Shown: positions 1 through 12,029, counted from the first letter of the whole stretch. The stretch: 63,759 bases of DNA, filler included, from Gonapodya sp. JEL0774 (GCA_027604505.1; 32 parts of 32 records of this genome joined end to end with filler, not necessarily neighbours in it), one strand, 5' to 3'. Notes: generated from the letters alone by a model not told the origin. A program made the numbers and translations.

Positions 1-656
1 CCACCGCAGAGAGTCTGAATCCTCGAGATCCTCGTCTCAGATGGTACACTGGATGGTTTAATTTATGCGGCGAGATTGGAGCATTGGCCTCGGTGGGCTT
101 CGCATGTTCCTCCATGGTATTCTCATGTGTGAAAGGTCGGTCATCCCTGAAACTTGTGCTCCCCGTCTTCGACAACTGCTTTTATCTTTCTTGGCACGTC
201 TATAGTGCATACTCCCAGCTATGAGATAACTTCATCTCAGCTATCGCTCCTCGGGATCGGGATCGTACTCTCATGTGGAGTGTTGAACTCACTTGGAAAC
301 GGACTCCTGAAACGGCTCATGGAAATTTGTAGGTTGAACCTTGCTACCGAGTGAAAAATACGGGCCTATCTTGTGCATTGAATGATTTTTCTGCAGCCGT
401 AATTGTCCAACTTTTTGGGCCAGTGAGTTTGATTCTCTCACACTACGAGCCGTATGAGAACCAAATGAACATCAAATACGCCAAAACTACCAAATAGCTC
501 TTTATTGTCGTTATACTTCTCGTAAAAGCTCCAAAGCTGCAGGTTTGTGGAAAAGTGATGTTCTTTGATAACTGCATAATCATTGTATCAGTTGTCGGTC
601 GAAGTCTTCAACCTTCGTCTTCACTGCCTTGGAAAATCGCACGGGTCAAGATAATC

Positions 657-1906
657 AGGTCTTTGCAATCCTACTCGGATTCTTGATGCCGGGGTGGGCA
701 TTTCTAGGTGAGATTTCCTCCTCCGTACATCTCCATCAACAGCCACTTGAATGATCCATAATCAAACCACGTAGGCTATGACTCTTCTGCTCACATTTCC
801 GAGGGTCAGTTTTCGGGTGCATATTTGTGGGCAAGGCTGCCGATGTTCAACCACTGGTCAACCTCAAGAAACCATAAACGCTTATCGAGACGCTGCCAAG
901 GGGATTGTGTTCTCGGTTGTGTCCACAGCCATTGTTGGTCTTATATTTATTCTTGGTACGACAGTCTGAAAGATCCGCTCGGTGCATTCTTGCTTACAAG
1001 ATCCGTCGACCGTCATGTCCAACATCTCCTCCTGATATTTGTTGCATTCGGATAAAAGGACTTCTTTACTCCATTCAAGACATTGAAGCTATTCTTGGAG
1101 ATCAAACTTATCCGCAGATGCTCATGCAGCTGTTCATGGGTATGTGCTGCACTGTACAGGGAAACATTGCCACCAAAGTCATTCATCCACTCAATTACAA
1201 GACACCACCCAGCAAAATGAACATCTTTCTATCGCACTAATGAGCATTGTAGCTCTTGGCCTTTACTTCGCCGGAGTTGCTGTCAACACGGCGTGAGTTC
1301 CCGCGCTGATACTATGTAGTTCATCGCTACCCGTGACCATGACAAAATCTACCTTCATTGGTAAAGAAATTCACGCATGAGTGAGTCATTTTTCTTGCCA
1401 TGAGTAAAACAGTTAAGCTGAGATCTATGTCATAGTGTATGCGTTCTCACGCGATCGTGGTTTTGGAAAAAGCATTTCCGCAATTCTGTGCCATGTTCAC
1501 CCGCAAACCCGCACGCCTTTGCGAACAGTATGGCTTGGGTGCCTCCGTGAGTGTTTTTGCTCACATCACTGTTCAGTAGCGTGTATATCACACTCGCGAT
1601 CGCAGTTGGTTGCGCAATCAATGCCATTGGATTTTGGACCGCTGTGGGTCTGCAAGCAGCCGCGAGCATTGCTACCATTGGATTGATGATTGCGGTGAGA
1701 ATTGTTACTACTGCCGCAGGTTTTTGAGGGTGGACGTTCTCATCTTTGTTGGTCCACGACCGGCAGTACACCATCCCCATTTTCTGCCGCGTAACGTTCT
1801 CATACTATACTTTCAAGCAAGGGGAGTTGAATCTTGGTCTGTTTTCTGTAATCATCGGATGGATTGCGGTGATTTGGGTGGTCTTTCTTAGCGTTCTTGC
1901 TTGTTT
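657..1906 (+). CDS. Amino acid/GABA/choline permease (APC superfamily), partial, multi-exon
   Basis: Spliced peptides VFAILLGFLMPGWAFLG|YDSSAHISE|ETINAYRDAAKGIV, NSRM|MYAFSRDRG...TRTPLRTVW, ASIATIGL, YTIPIFCRV...FKQGELNLG match UGA4/HNM1/BAT1-type motifs. The 5' exons were not resolved. Confidence 0.9.
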
Positions 1907-2006
1907 NNNNNNNNNNNNNNNNNNNNNNNNNNNNNNNNNNNNNNNNNNNNTTAATTAATTAANNNNNNNNNNNNNNNNNNNNNNNNNNNNNNNNNNNNNN
2001 NNNNNN
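1907..2006. other. Artificial contig spacer (44 N + TTAATTAATTAA + 44 N); first of 31 identical spacers about every 2 kb
   Basis: The same N-flanked 12-mer recurs at 1951, 3957, 5962, 7966 ... 61819. It puts stops in all six frames, and the contigs between spacers shrink monotonically. Confidence 0.98.
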
Positions 2007-2430
2007 TCCATCTGGGCTGCAAGCAGAGATGGCTGTTTACTACAAGGTTCCGGGACCTGGAGAAGTTGAGGTATGGACCGCCAAAGACATTGAGGAGTTG
2101 GTGTTCCGTGGTATTGAACGATTTCGAGGAAAGCACATGCTGTGCGGACTCAGGAGTGTGGAATTGAGCGATGCGCCTCCTGAACACATACCCACCATTG
2201 TGCTGCATCTAAGGAATTTTGGAGCCTTCAAGTCGCGGAGGGCAGTTCCAACGGATAGTTCGCCCGGCCCGGCACCGATCTCGTCATTGTACACAGGGGA
2301 TCTTTCGCGGGACAGACGGTCCAGATATAACTTCGACGACCGCGTCACGCGGAAGATGTGGGACGACGTAGTACGCCACTGGGGAAGTTGGGGTTGCGAC
2401 GGACGTGATTTCAAACTGCATACCATGTAG
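2007..2430 (+). CDS. Hypothetical protein, 3' end
   Basis: The frame is open from the contig edge to TAG at 2430 and is followed by an AT-rich tract. No family recognised. Confidence 0.45.
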
Positions 2431-2542
2431 AGAAAATATTTTATTCAATAGGGCTCAGCCCGAGCCCTCATTCTTCTGCACGAGTCCGCGTCGCGGGTAG
2501 CATATCACCTCGGCACCGCCAGCAGCATACAACGGCGACCCG

Positions 2543-3912
2543 ATGGACGCCGGAGAGAACGCAGGAGCTTCCATAGTATTGAACACGTGAGTGCATAGGT
2601 GATTGAACACGCTCTACATTCATTTTTACATTCCACCCCTTGACAGAGACACGAAGGCCGCGATCACCAGCCTTGTGGAATCCAGATTCGCCCACCAGAG
2701 TGTGGTCCTTCTCTCCGATGTCCGTGGTGACCTGCTCTCCAGACATCAGATCCGCCTGAGTCCATGGGAAGTACCGTTGGCCGAGAAACACATCAACGAA
2801 CTCGTGAATGACAATATCGACGGTCTCAACGATCTTACCGCGGAGCAGATTGACGAGCGGTTCAAGCAGGCTTTGGAAAAATTGCATCCACCCGACCATC
2901 GGGTGGAAAGTTTTCGCCGTCAAGCCAAGAAAATGACACCTGAAGAACGCGAACTTATCTTGCGTGATATGTGAGTGTTGTCCGACCGAGGAATAATGTA
3001 GTCGTTTGGTTTTCTGAACTGAACATTCTCAAACAGTGGCACGCAGAAAGTAATCACGTATGGCCGAAACGAGCACTGGAGGGACCATGCAGACGTCCAG
3101 ATCAAGAAGCTCGTAATGCAGCTGGCGCCTCACACTGAGTTTGATGTCGTGCTGGTTGGGCCCATGGCCAACCTTGTCAGAATTGTGGTCGACTGCCTTC
3201 TCCAAGGGGAATCGGTCATGATTGGGAACCGTTTCAGTGCAGCCGCACTTGGAGAAGTATCGGAAGAATGCTTCAAGACGAACTGGAACCAAGTGTATGA
3301 GCGTGTGGTGAATGCGATCATTTCGTTGTGAGTTGCTCAAACTGAGGGTCTGGTTATTTCGTAACTCTCTCATCTGTGTGGTTCAGATGGTTTCGCCTCG
3401 ATTTCATATGCAAGAAAGATCTTGACGAGTGCGAGGGTGCGGTCCAGAAACACTCATGCGGGTTCCTTGAGGACATCATGCGTCACCATTTGTTCAAGGC
3501 AATGTGTTGGAATGTCACAACACCGGATGGCGTCAGTCATTTGGAGAGGCGGGATACCAGCGTATATGGCCGCTTTCCGACCGTGGCCAATCAAGTGGAA
3601 GGGGTTCTCAACAATGAGCCACCATCAACGGTCTTCGCAAACATTGTGGGCTTCGAGGCCAAACATGGCAAGAACCCAAAGAAGGCTGCCGATTTTCCCA
3701 AAGCGCTCTGTGACAGCGCACGTTCTGTGCGTCACTGTCGCCAACTACTCATTCCTGGCACGGAAGAAGTCATGATGACCTATTTTGTCCTGGCAGTTGG
3801 CGCTGAAGTCAAGATTTACGCGACGCGGGAACCCTTTGGGCCGAGTGGCGTGGCTGTCAACTACCCTCTCTTCAGTGGGAGTGTCCCTGCCGGGAAGGAA
3901 GAGTTTACTGTC
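2543..3912 (+). CDS. Orphan protein with C-terminal PD-(D/E)xK restriction-endonuclease-like domain; 3 introns; 3'-truncated
   Basis: Three GTGAGT...CAG introns splice in frame (LNT|DTK, RDI|GTQ, ISL|WFR). The C-terminus reads W...SHLERR...VEGVL...IVGFEAK...KKAADFPKA...YFVLAVGAEVKIYA...VP. Confidence 0.6.
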
Positions 3913-4239
3913 NNNNNNNNNNNNNNNNNNNNNNNNNNNNNNNNNNNNNNNNNNNNTTAATTAATTAANNNNNNNNNNNNNNNNNNNNNNNNNNNNNNNN
4001 NNNNNNNNNNNNGGTGGCGTGGACAAAGCGGGGGTGAGAAGCGAAGGATCAGGAGCACGTATATGCAGCCGGGGCAGCGCCCAATACTATTTATACCACA
4101 CACCCCACGACACCCCACGTACTTACCTCGCTGACAATAATAAGCGTGTGCCTGAACCCATGAGTCTCCCGATGCTACAAATACAAACGCAGTTCCGAAC
4201 CAACGCGTGAAACGTGAAGCTCCACTCATTTCCACCCAG

Positions 4240-5908
4240 TCATTCCCCCACCACCCCCCCGCAACCCACCCCCCTCACCACCTCACACATCTCCCCCATC
4301 CACTCTTCCCTTCCGCTTTCCATCTCGCTGCTGCTGCTGCACTCCTCGTCGCCGTCCACGGTGAGCGGTGGCGGGCGTTCGGGGAGGAACACCCAGTCGG
4401 CGCCGGAGCAGAGGGCAGACATGAGGGCCAGCCAGCCTGGGATATATCAGAAATGTGGAATTTGGAGGTGGGGGAGGGGAGGGGGAGGGGACGGAGTGGT
4501 GTGGGATGTGTGAGAGTATCACGCAGCCCGCCGGGGCTCACGAATACGTCTGAACACCACTGGCGACCACCACCACCACCGCCACCACCCCGGACCCAAT
4601 TAACCCACCGCAGTGTCTCCCCATGACCTCCACCACGAAACACCGTGCGTGGGACTGGGCTGTGGATACGATGGCCGCGAGGGATTCGCAGACGCGGTGG
4701 AGGGCGGTGAGGGAGCCGATGGTGAGGTCTTGGTCGAGGTGGGGCGTGGGAGATACAGGAGGAAATGACCGGGTGATTGAGTGTGAGGGGGGGGGATAGC
4801 ACGTTGCAAGAGTGCACACATTGTGACACCAGTACAGGACCCACTGGTACCACCGCTGCAGGCCGCACGTACCTGTCCTCCCCATGTCGTTGTCGATGCT
4901 TCCGGCCATGCCCACGATGGTGAGTTTGTGCTTGTAGGGCTCGGCTTCGTGGGGGGTAAGGTGGCCTGTCGTGTGCGATCAAGTGGGTGGGTTAGTGTGT
5001 GCACAATGGTGGTGGAGAGTGCAAGACCGGGAACCACACGAGAAGATGGTGAGATCCTCTAGTGAAGATGTGAGATGGAGGTGGTGATCGATCCTTTCGC
5101 ACTCACCAGACTCGACAAGGGCTTTGACGTGGCCTGGCCATTCGGCACGCAGTGTGTCTGCGCCCGTGAGCGATCCATCTCCGCCGATGACGATGAGGGC
5201 GTCCTACGTGTACATGTTCAGAAACCAGGTGCGTCATAGAGTCGAGGTTGGCGAGGTGGAGGTACGCGATTCGATCGAGCGGGTTCTCAGATGGAGCGTA
5301 CGAAGGAGTTGGGCACCGTCCACAACGAGGGTCCACCCACCATTCCACGCTTGACCATGTTGCGGACCGCGAGCCGGCGTCCCTCGGTGGTGCGGAAGGC
5401 GGCGGAGCGGGACGAGCCGAGGACGGTGCCGCCCTGGATATCATTTTTTTTTTTTTTTTTTTGTGTACATGGCCCATGGGGTCGAAAGAGATTTGAACGA
5501 CAGCAAGAGTTGTGAAAGGTTTGGAGTGGGGGGTGAAGGTGATGACGTCATATTGAGCTGTGATGCTGTGAACCCGTTATCCACACAGGTACGTACCAAG
5601 TGCACGATCCTGGCCACATCATCCCACGCCAAGACCTTCATCTTATCCCCGGCGTCGATGAGACCTTTTTTCCCCGTAACATGAATGACGTCAGTCGCTG
5701 AGATGAGTCATTCCCCATTCCCCCACCAACCACTCCACACCCGGGCTCACCCACCCTGAAACCCCTCGAGCACCGCGACGGGTCTCAGGCCCCGAGCGAT
5801 AGCGAATCGAGTGATGGCGCGGACTGCGGCGTTCATGCCGCACGAGTCGCCGCCTGAGCAGAGGAAGCCGAGGGAGTGCAGGGGGGAGGGAGAGGGTGGG
5901 GGTTGCAT
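4240..5908 (-). CDS. PFK1: ATP-dependent 6-phosphofructokinase, N-terminal half, multi-exon
   Basis: Motifs [64 protein letters not shown] and GADWVFLPE. Confidence 0.95.
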
Positions 5909-6197
5909 GGTGGGGGGNNNNNNNNNNNNNNNNNNNNNNNNNNNNNNNNNNNNNNNNNNNNTTAATTAATTAANNNNNNNNNNNNNNNNNNNNNNNNNNN
6001 NNNNNNNNNNNNNNNNNGATTCAATTACCACGACAAGTGAGATTTGGACCGCCACGAGGCTGACACGAGACCACCGGAGACACAATCAAAAATGCCCACC
6101 CGAGTCCTGCTCCAGTGAGACGGACGCCTCCGTTTCTACAACCTGCACCTCTCCCCGGACATATACTCCATTACATCCGCTCTTCCCCACATCGCGA

Positions 6198-7921
6198 TCA
6201 CCATCCACCAGGGTATACCATGGCCGCAGCTGCTTTGGGCGTCGCCGCGGCTGCTGGTGTGGACATTGCGGGTGCGACTGCGGGGGTGGTGGGTTTCACG
6301 GGTGCGACTGCGGGGGTGGTGGGTTTCACGGGTGCGACTGCGGGGGTGGTGGGCTTCACTGTCGGAACGACGGGCTTGACCTTCATCGGGACGGCGGTCA
6401 CACAGACACATTCGGTGGGGTGCTGAAGGTCCAAAACGTGTGAGCGAACACGACAATGACGACGACAGAGGAAGCAACCACCCACCTTGAGTTTCACAGT
6501 CTTGGTGGGCACTCGCACGGTCATGGTCGGCTTGGTGACCAATGCGGGCATCGTTTTGACTGTCGCCATCGTTGCGGCCATAACCTTGACCGACGACGCT
6601 GCCGTCATGAGCGGTGCGATCTTGGCTGTGGCAGACGTCACCCCTGCCATAATCGGTGCGACGACGGGTGCAGTGGGAGTCGCAGCGAGCGCGTTGGCGT
6701 TGGCCATATTCTTGGGCGGAACTTGGTACCCCTTCTTGCCGTCGTGTCGCTTCGCCATGGCGCCAGTTTGCTTCACTGCAACGGTGGACGTGGCGACAGG
6801 TCGCATCGCAGCAGACGCCGAGGTGCTGGCCTTGACCATCACCATGGGAGCTGTGGAGGGTTTGCCCATCATCGTTGCGGCGGTAGGTTTGGTCATCATG
6901 GTTGGTTGCGTCAACAAGGTAGGTTTAGACATGAGCGACGGCGCGGCAATCATTGTGCGGGTAGCCATGGTGGTGGCTGTGGAGATCAATCGAGAAAGTC
7001 AGACGGTGTAATTGTGAATGGAGTGCTTCGGCATCCATTGCATCGCATTCAAGACTACCCACCAGCGTTCATCACCACAAAACACATGCATGTCTTTGTA
7101 GGAGCAAGCAGCGTGAACGTCGGCGTTGCTCCCATCAACATGGGGTTCTGAGCGAGGGTCGCGGTGGCCAAGGCGCGCATCGAAGAGGATTTCATGGTCA
7201 TCATGGTTGGCTTGGAGGACATGGACATCAGTGTTGGCTTGCTCATCATCGATACCGACGTGGGCTTCGATGCCACGGAGACGACGGGCTTGGAGGTTAT
7301 CACGGCGGCAGCTACGGCGGTCGTTGCTGCGCCGGCTTGTGGTGCGACAGCGGCGGCCGCTGCTCCACCGGCTATGATTAGGAAATGAGAGGGTCAGTGT
7401 GACATGACCGAATCGATTAGGAGAACGGTGATCGCATTGATTCAGATACGTACCGGTTGCAGCGAAGGGAGCAGGAGCGACTGTGTACCAGTTTGTTAAC
7501 GACTCGACGACTAGTGGAGAAAAAGTGGACAGATGTGTGTTTGAGATTATGCATGGAAAGACTCGCGCCTTGGTCGTTGCCAGCACGGATCGGTTCACCA
7601 CAACTCACTGACAGCCTCGGCGACCAAATTCTGTCCAGCCTTCACAGCCGCATCGGGTGTCCAGGTGAACGACATGACGGTCTTGAACGCCCGACTGTTG
7701 TGTTGGATGGTTCCTGCTGCGCCTGATGTAGACCCGGTTGCGGCGGTGCAGTCCTTGGTCTGGAACAAGGCGCTGGGGAGGGCGATCGTCCCCATGTGGG
7801 TTGTGGAGGCGGCGTCACGGACGTACATGACTAAGATTGAAAGTAGATTGTGTCAATGGGATTCTGTGAGAGGAAAACTTTGCAAAGTGTCCCGAGGCTT
7901 ACCGATGCCCTTGTACATGGC
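6198..7921 (-). CDS. Reeler-domain protein with long Thr/Ala/Met/Lys/Pro-rich tail, 5'-truncated
   Basis: YKGI|VMYVRD...GTI...DC...GTIQHNSRAFKTVMSFTWTPD fits the reeler pattern. Downstream exons are low-complexity and include VKPTTPAVAP repeats. Confidence 0.7.
6271..6360. repeat. 3 x 30-bp coding tandem repeat (VKPTTPAVAP on - strand)
   Basis: GGTGCGACTGCGGGGGTGGTGGGTTTCACG occurs twice, followed by a near-identical third copy. Confidence 0.95.
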
Positions 7922-8021
7922 NNNNNNNNNNNNNNNNNNNNNNNNNNNNNNNNNNNNNNNNNNNNTTAATTAATTAANNNNNNNNNNNNNNNNNNNNNNN
8001 NNNNNNNNNNNNNNNNNNNNN

Positions 8022-8188
8022 TGAGGAATCCCATCGGCCCCGAGGTCTTTCACGACTTCGTGGTCTTGGAACGGGTAAGGGTGATCGGCATGGGAACGTA
8101 CGTAAAACCATTGATAGGATTCCAATGCGTACGATGTGATGACGAAGTTGCTGAGCAGTGCAACCGATAACAGAAATTTCAATTCCAT
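8022..8188 (-). CDS. Secreted protein, N-terminus only
   Basis: MELKFLLSVALLSNFVITSYA is signal-peptide-like, and the frame is open to the contig edge. Confidence 0.55.
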
Positions 8189-9146
8189 AGACGGCACTCT
8201 GGGGGAAAAGTTGATATGTTCATGTTCAGCATTGTTTGACGGCTGTGTAAAGTTTTTAGTTACAAGTCTTCTCGCAATTGTAGTTCTTCCATGCACATGA
8301 AGAGATATCATGAAAAATTATTCTCAGCAGATCTTGACGAAGCTGTCGGAGTTCATAGATATGGAGGAAAAGACTACGAGAAGTGTCGAGAATGGATGCA
8401 ACGGTGAGCAGTGCCCACTCAACCAAATCATACTGTAGGACATCTGTTCCTGCGCAATATTTGGGTTCCCGCACAGTAAGTTGTGGCTACAATCGACGGC
8501 GCCCGAAATGCCGGAGCTACCGACATTGTGCTCGTCGATTTGGATGGTGCCGGGGGTTGAGGTGCAGAATGTTGCTTCCAACCCAACTGGTGTGTTCATC
8601 CATACTGTCAATGGAGCTCTCTGTGAGGTGTGGATCGAGGGTATCCCGGCCGGCGGCTGAGAGTAACCCTGCTGTATCATGTATGTATTGAGCAGGAGGC
8701 ACTGTGACCAGAGCTTCACGGCCTGAATTGTTTTTGGAACATATATACCAGGGCTATGGTGTCTCAAATTACTCTTTGCGTTACGGATTGAATAGACAAT
8801 CTAGCAATCGCCCATACAAGCGATTTTCTTCATTCAATTCTCCATCAAATTATACTGCCATCAAACTGTCAATGAACATCCGTAAGTAAACACATCAATC
8901 ATCCTGCAATCATAAATGAATCAAACTACTCTCAATATAGCTACGGGACAGCATATGGTGAGAATGGGATTTGTCGGATGCTCAGCGACATTATATGCTC
9001 ACGAATCTCTAACATTGGTGGCCCAGTGGCACACCTCAACCAACGCAGAAAGCTGAATCTTAAGTGCATTTGTTATCTTATTGCGTGTTTGGGTTGCGAT
9101 AGCATCTGAGGGTTATCAATTTGGTAGGAGAATTGTGTTAGGCACG

Positions 9147-9707
9147 TCAGATAATTCTCACCTTTTTCGTCTCGAAGAGCTTGACGTGTTCTGTCAAGAG
9201 CTCAAGATCCTTCAATTTGACCACCTCTAGACTCATGGTTCGAGCTCTTTGGACATCAACCTTGCCTTGGGGAACCACTTCAAGTCTCTTCTTCATGACC
9301 GACTTTTCAAATAAGTCTGGTAGCACTTCTGCTGGGGTGCTTGACTTCAGTAATCTGCCATCGAAAGCAAGAGTTGCCATCTCTCGAGGATTCTTTTGCG
9401 GAAGACAAATGAATTCGCTCAACCAAGACTCGAGCATACGGGTAATAGAGTCTTTCGTCTCCTTCATTTTGATACGAATATTTTCTGCGGCTTCTTTTGC
9501 TAAGATGTCCACTTGTTTGTCCACCCGTGTGGTCGCAACTACCAAGTCTCCCGAAAAGCAAGGCAAGATTGATTCGTAAGCGCGTAATGCAGAGTGCGGC
9601 GGTTCGGCAGATTTGGCTCGATATAATGACATGCAGTCGATTCCTTCGCATAGTACAAGGGCGAACTGACGAGCTCCTCCCCCTGGGTTGGGTTTCAGTG
9701 GTGGCAA
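9147..9707 (-). CDS. Hypothetical protein, C-terminal part
   Basis: 186-codon open frame with a protein-like charged helical composition. No family recognised. Confidence 0.35.
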   Translation of the reverse strand: MPPLKPNPGGGARQFALVLCEGIDCMSLYRAKSAEPPHSALRAYESILPCFSGDLVVATTRVDKQVDILAKEAAENIRIKMKETKDSITRMLESWLSEFICLPQKNPREMATLAFDGRLLKSSTPAEVLPDLFEKSVMKKRLEVVPQGKVDVQRARTMSLEVVKLKDLELLTEHVKLFETKKVRII

Positions 9708-10025
9708 AGATGAGCAGCATCCGGTAGGTAGTCATGGCGAGGGAAGCGAGAAAACCTCCGCCTGGTTGTGGGTCCAAACCAAGATATCCAAACCAATGAC
9801 GGACCCTGCGGTACGGCGTTGAAGCGTGAAATTTTCAATCTAACGGCTCCCCGTTCGGCACAGCAATCCGGGGACCAGCCATCCGTATTTCCTTTCAGTG
9901 CCAAAAGCAGTGCGTGAAGTCGACTNNNNNNNNNNNNNNNNNNNNNNNNNNNNNNNNNNNNNNNNNNNNTTAATTAATTAANNNNNNNNNNNNNNNNNNN
10001 NNNNNNNNNNNNNNNNNNNNNNNNN

Positions 10026-11048
10026 GTGTCTCGTTCGTCAGCCTTCACGATTTTCTCCTTGACGCTTTGGTGTATGGGTGACTCCGCGGTGCACATGAAT
10101 CGCGTGCCCATGTTCACACTAAAGAAGCGCCGTCAAGTTCGCCGCACTCCCATTACAAGTATCAATCGTATGAGCAACTCACCCGTCCGCGCCCATGGCA
10201 AGTGCGGCAGCCAATCCCGCTCCGGTCCCTATCCCGCCGGAAGCGATGTAGGGCACGTTGAGCTCCTTGAACGCCTTGCAGAGCAGGATGAGTCCTCCGA
10301 TATCGTCTTCACCAGGGTGTCCAGCACACTCAAAGCCGTCTACGGAAATGACTATCGAAATCAGTGTAAGAACAAGAAGTTGTAAGTGAGTCTGTGTCAT
10401 GACACGAAATCGAGTCCCACCGTCCGCGCCAATACGAATAGCGGTCTTGGCGTGACGAATTGAAGTGCACTTGTGGAGGATTTTGCAGCCGGCATCCTTG
10501 AATTTCTTGATGATAGGTGCTGCTGCGCTCGATCCTGCAGTTTCCTGCAGAGTGAAAACATAGATTCAGGACACTTCCAGCAAAACACAAAGATCTGCTC
10601 TTCAGGACACTCACTACGATCCTTACGCCCGATTCCACGATAGCTCTGACATATTCATCGTACGGTGGGGAGTTGATGGTTGGGAAGATGGTGAGGTTGA
10701 CACCGAAGGGCTTGCTGGTCATGGTCTTGCAGCGAGCGATTTCGGCACGGAGGGCCGCGGGCGTTGGTTGAGTGAGGCCTGTGATCTGGATCCGGACCTT
10801 TCATTATGGCGACGGGAACAGAACGAGATTCAACAGCGGGACTCACGATGCCGAGACCGCCAGCATTTGATACCGCTGCAGCCATTTCCGCTGTTCCGAC
10901 CCACATCATGCCGCCCTGGACGACTGCAATGGAAAACCCATTTGAAACTCTTTGAAACTACCAGCGCTGATCAACGGTCCCATCCAGTCAAGCACGTACT
11001 CGGGTGCTCAATACCGAGCATTTCTGTTAGACGAGTCTTCAAGGGCAT
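10026..11048 (-). CDS. Nitronate monooxygenase / 2-nitropropane dioxygenase (FabK-like FMN oxidoreductase), partial
   Basis: MPLKTRLTEMLGIEHP, QGGMMWVG, AVSNAGGLG, PFGVNLT, DGFECAGHPGEDD, IASGG, MGADG|VNMGTRF; several introns. Confidence 0.93.
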
Positions 11049-11543
11049 CGTGGTGGATTTTCGGCGGAATGTGTGGAGCTCGGGTGGAGAGTCGGTTTGA
11101 AACTCCCGAAGACCTGTGGCCTTTCGTCGCATGATCCTCTCCGCACATCAACTAGACTACGTAGGTACTACACAGCGTAGGTGAATACGCTAGTGAACAT
11201 ATCTACAACATATACATGTAAACTTTCTAGGAGGCTGCTTTTGTGCTCAACCAGTTTACCCCTACCTTTGCATTATCTGCCGATGGGAAGATCGTTTGCT
11301 CTATCCCGCAGACAATTTAGCTCATTTGGGCGCTACACCCTTGATAGAAGTTATCCTTTCGCGATGGAATTGGGGTGATGGGGGAGCTTCGCCCAGTCCG
11401 TTGAGCCAAATACATACACTTCACATCCGAGAGTCCGCACCTCCCATTTCACGCGCCCGGAACCCTCAAAGACGCCGATCACGGCCTAGAAAAAGTCGAA
11501 TACACTTTCGTCCATCTGCAATCGACGCTACGTTATTCCCGGA

Positions 11544-11929
11544 ATGGCTCTTATCACCCACTCTCCCCCTCCTAATGCAATCAATCGGGCAGCGCAGATT
11601 CTCAGCCATCTCGGCTCGCCCACTGCAGGGACACAGTCTCTACCCGCCTCTAACCACCTTATCGTCAATGGAAATCCGTGTGCATCAAAATCCGACGATG
11701 CGGTTACAATTCTGGTCACCGGGTCTTCTGGATTCTTTGGTGGACACCTGATCCGCGAGCTCCGAGACGAATCAACTCGGCTCGGAATTCCTCTCTATCT
11801 GCGTCTCTTCGATCTCTCTCTGCCCACTGGTGGCGACGAAAATATTACGGGAGACATTTTGAATGTTGAGGCGCTGACCAGCGCCTGCCGAGGTGCCGAC
11901 GTTGTCATTCACTGTGCGAGTGCAGTGGA
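11544..11929 (+). CDS. 3-beta-hydroxysteroid dehydrogenase/ERG26-like extended SDR, N-terminus
   Basis: Rossmann motif ILVTGSSGFFGGHLI, then RLFDL, GDI and GADVVIHCAS. Confidence 0.8.
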
Positions 11930-12029
11930 NNNNNNNNNNNNNNNNNNNNNNNNNNNNNNNNNNNNNNNNNNNNTTAATTAATTAANNNNNNNNNNNNNNN
12001 NNNNNNNNNNNNNNNNNNNNNNNNNNNNN

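Noticed and set aside
5445..5462. Poly-T run (poly-K in the ORF track) as a terminator or retroposition tail
   Set aside because: It lies in a PFK intron next to an acceptor region and is a simple homopolymer.
8329..8760. Possible P450 or G-alpha-like fragment on the + strand
   Set aside because: Only vague similarity, with stops and no diagnostic motif. No consistent gene model could be built.
10026..11048. Nitronate monooxygenase as bacterial contamination or recent HGT
   Set aside because: The gene has several canonical spliceosomal introns, and this subfamily is widespread in fungi.
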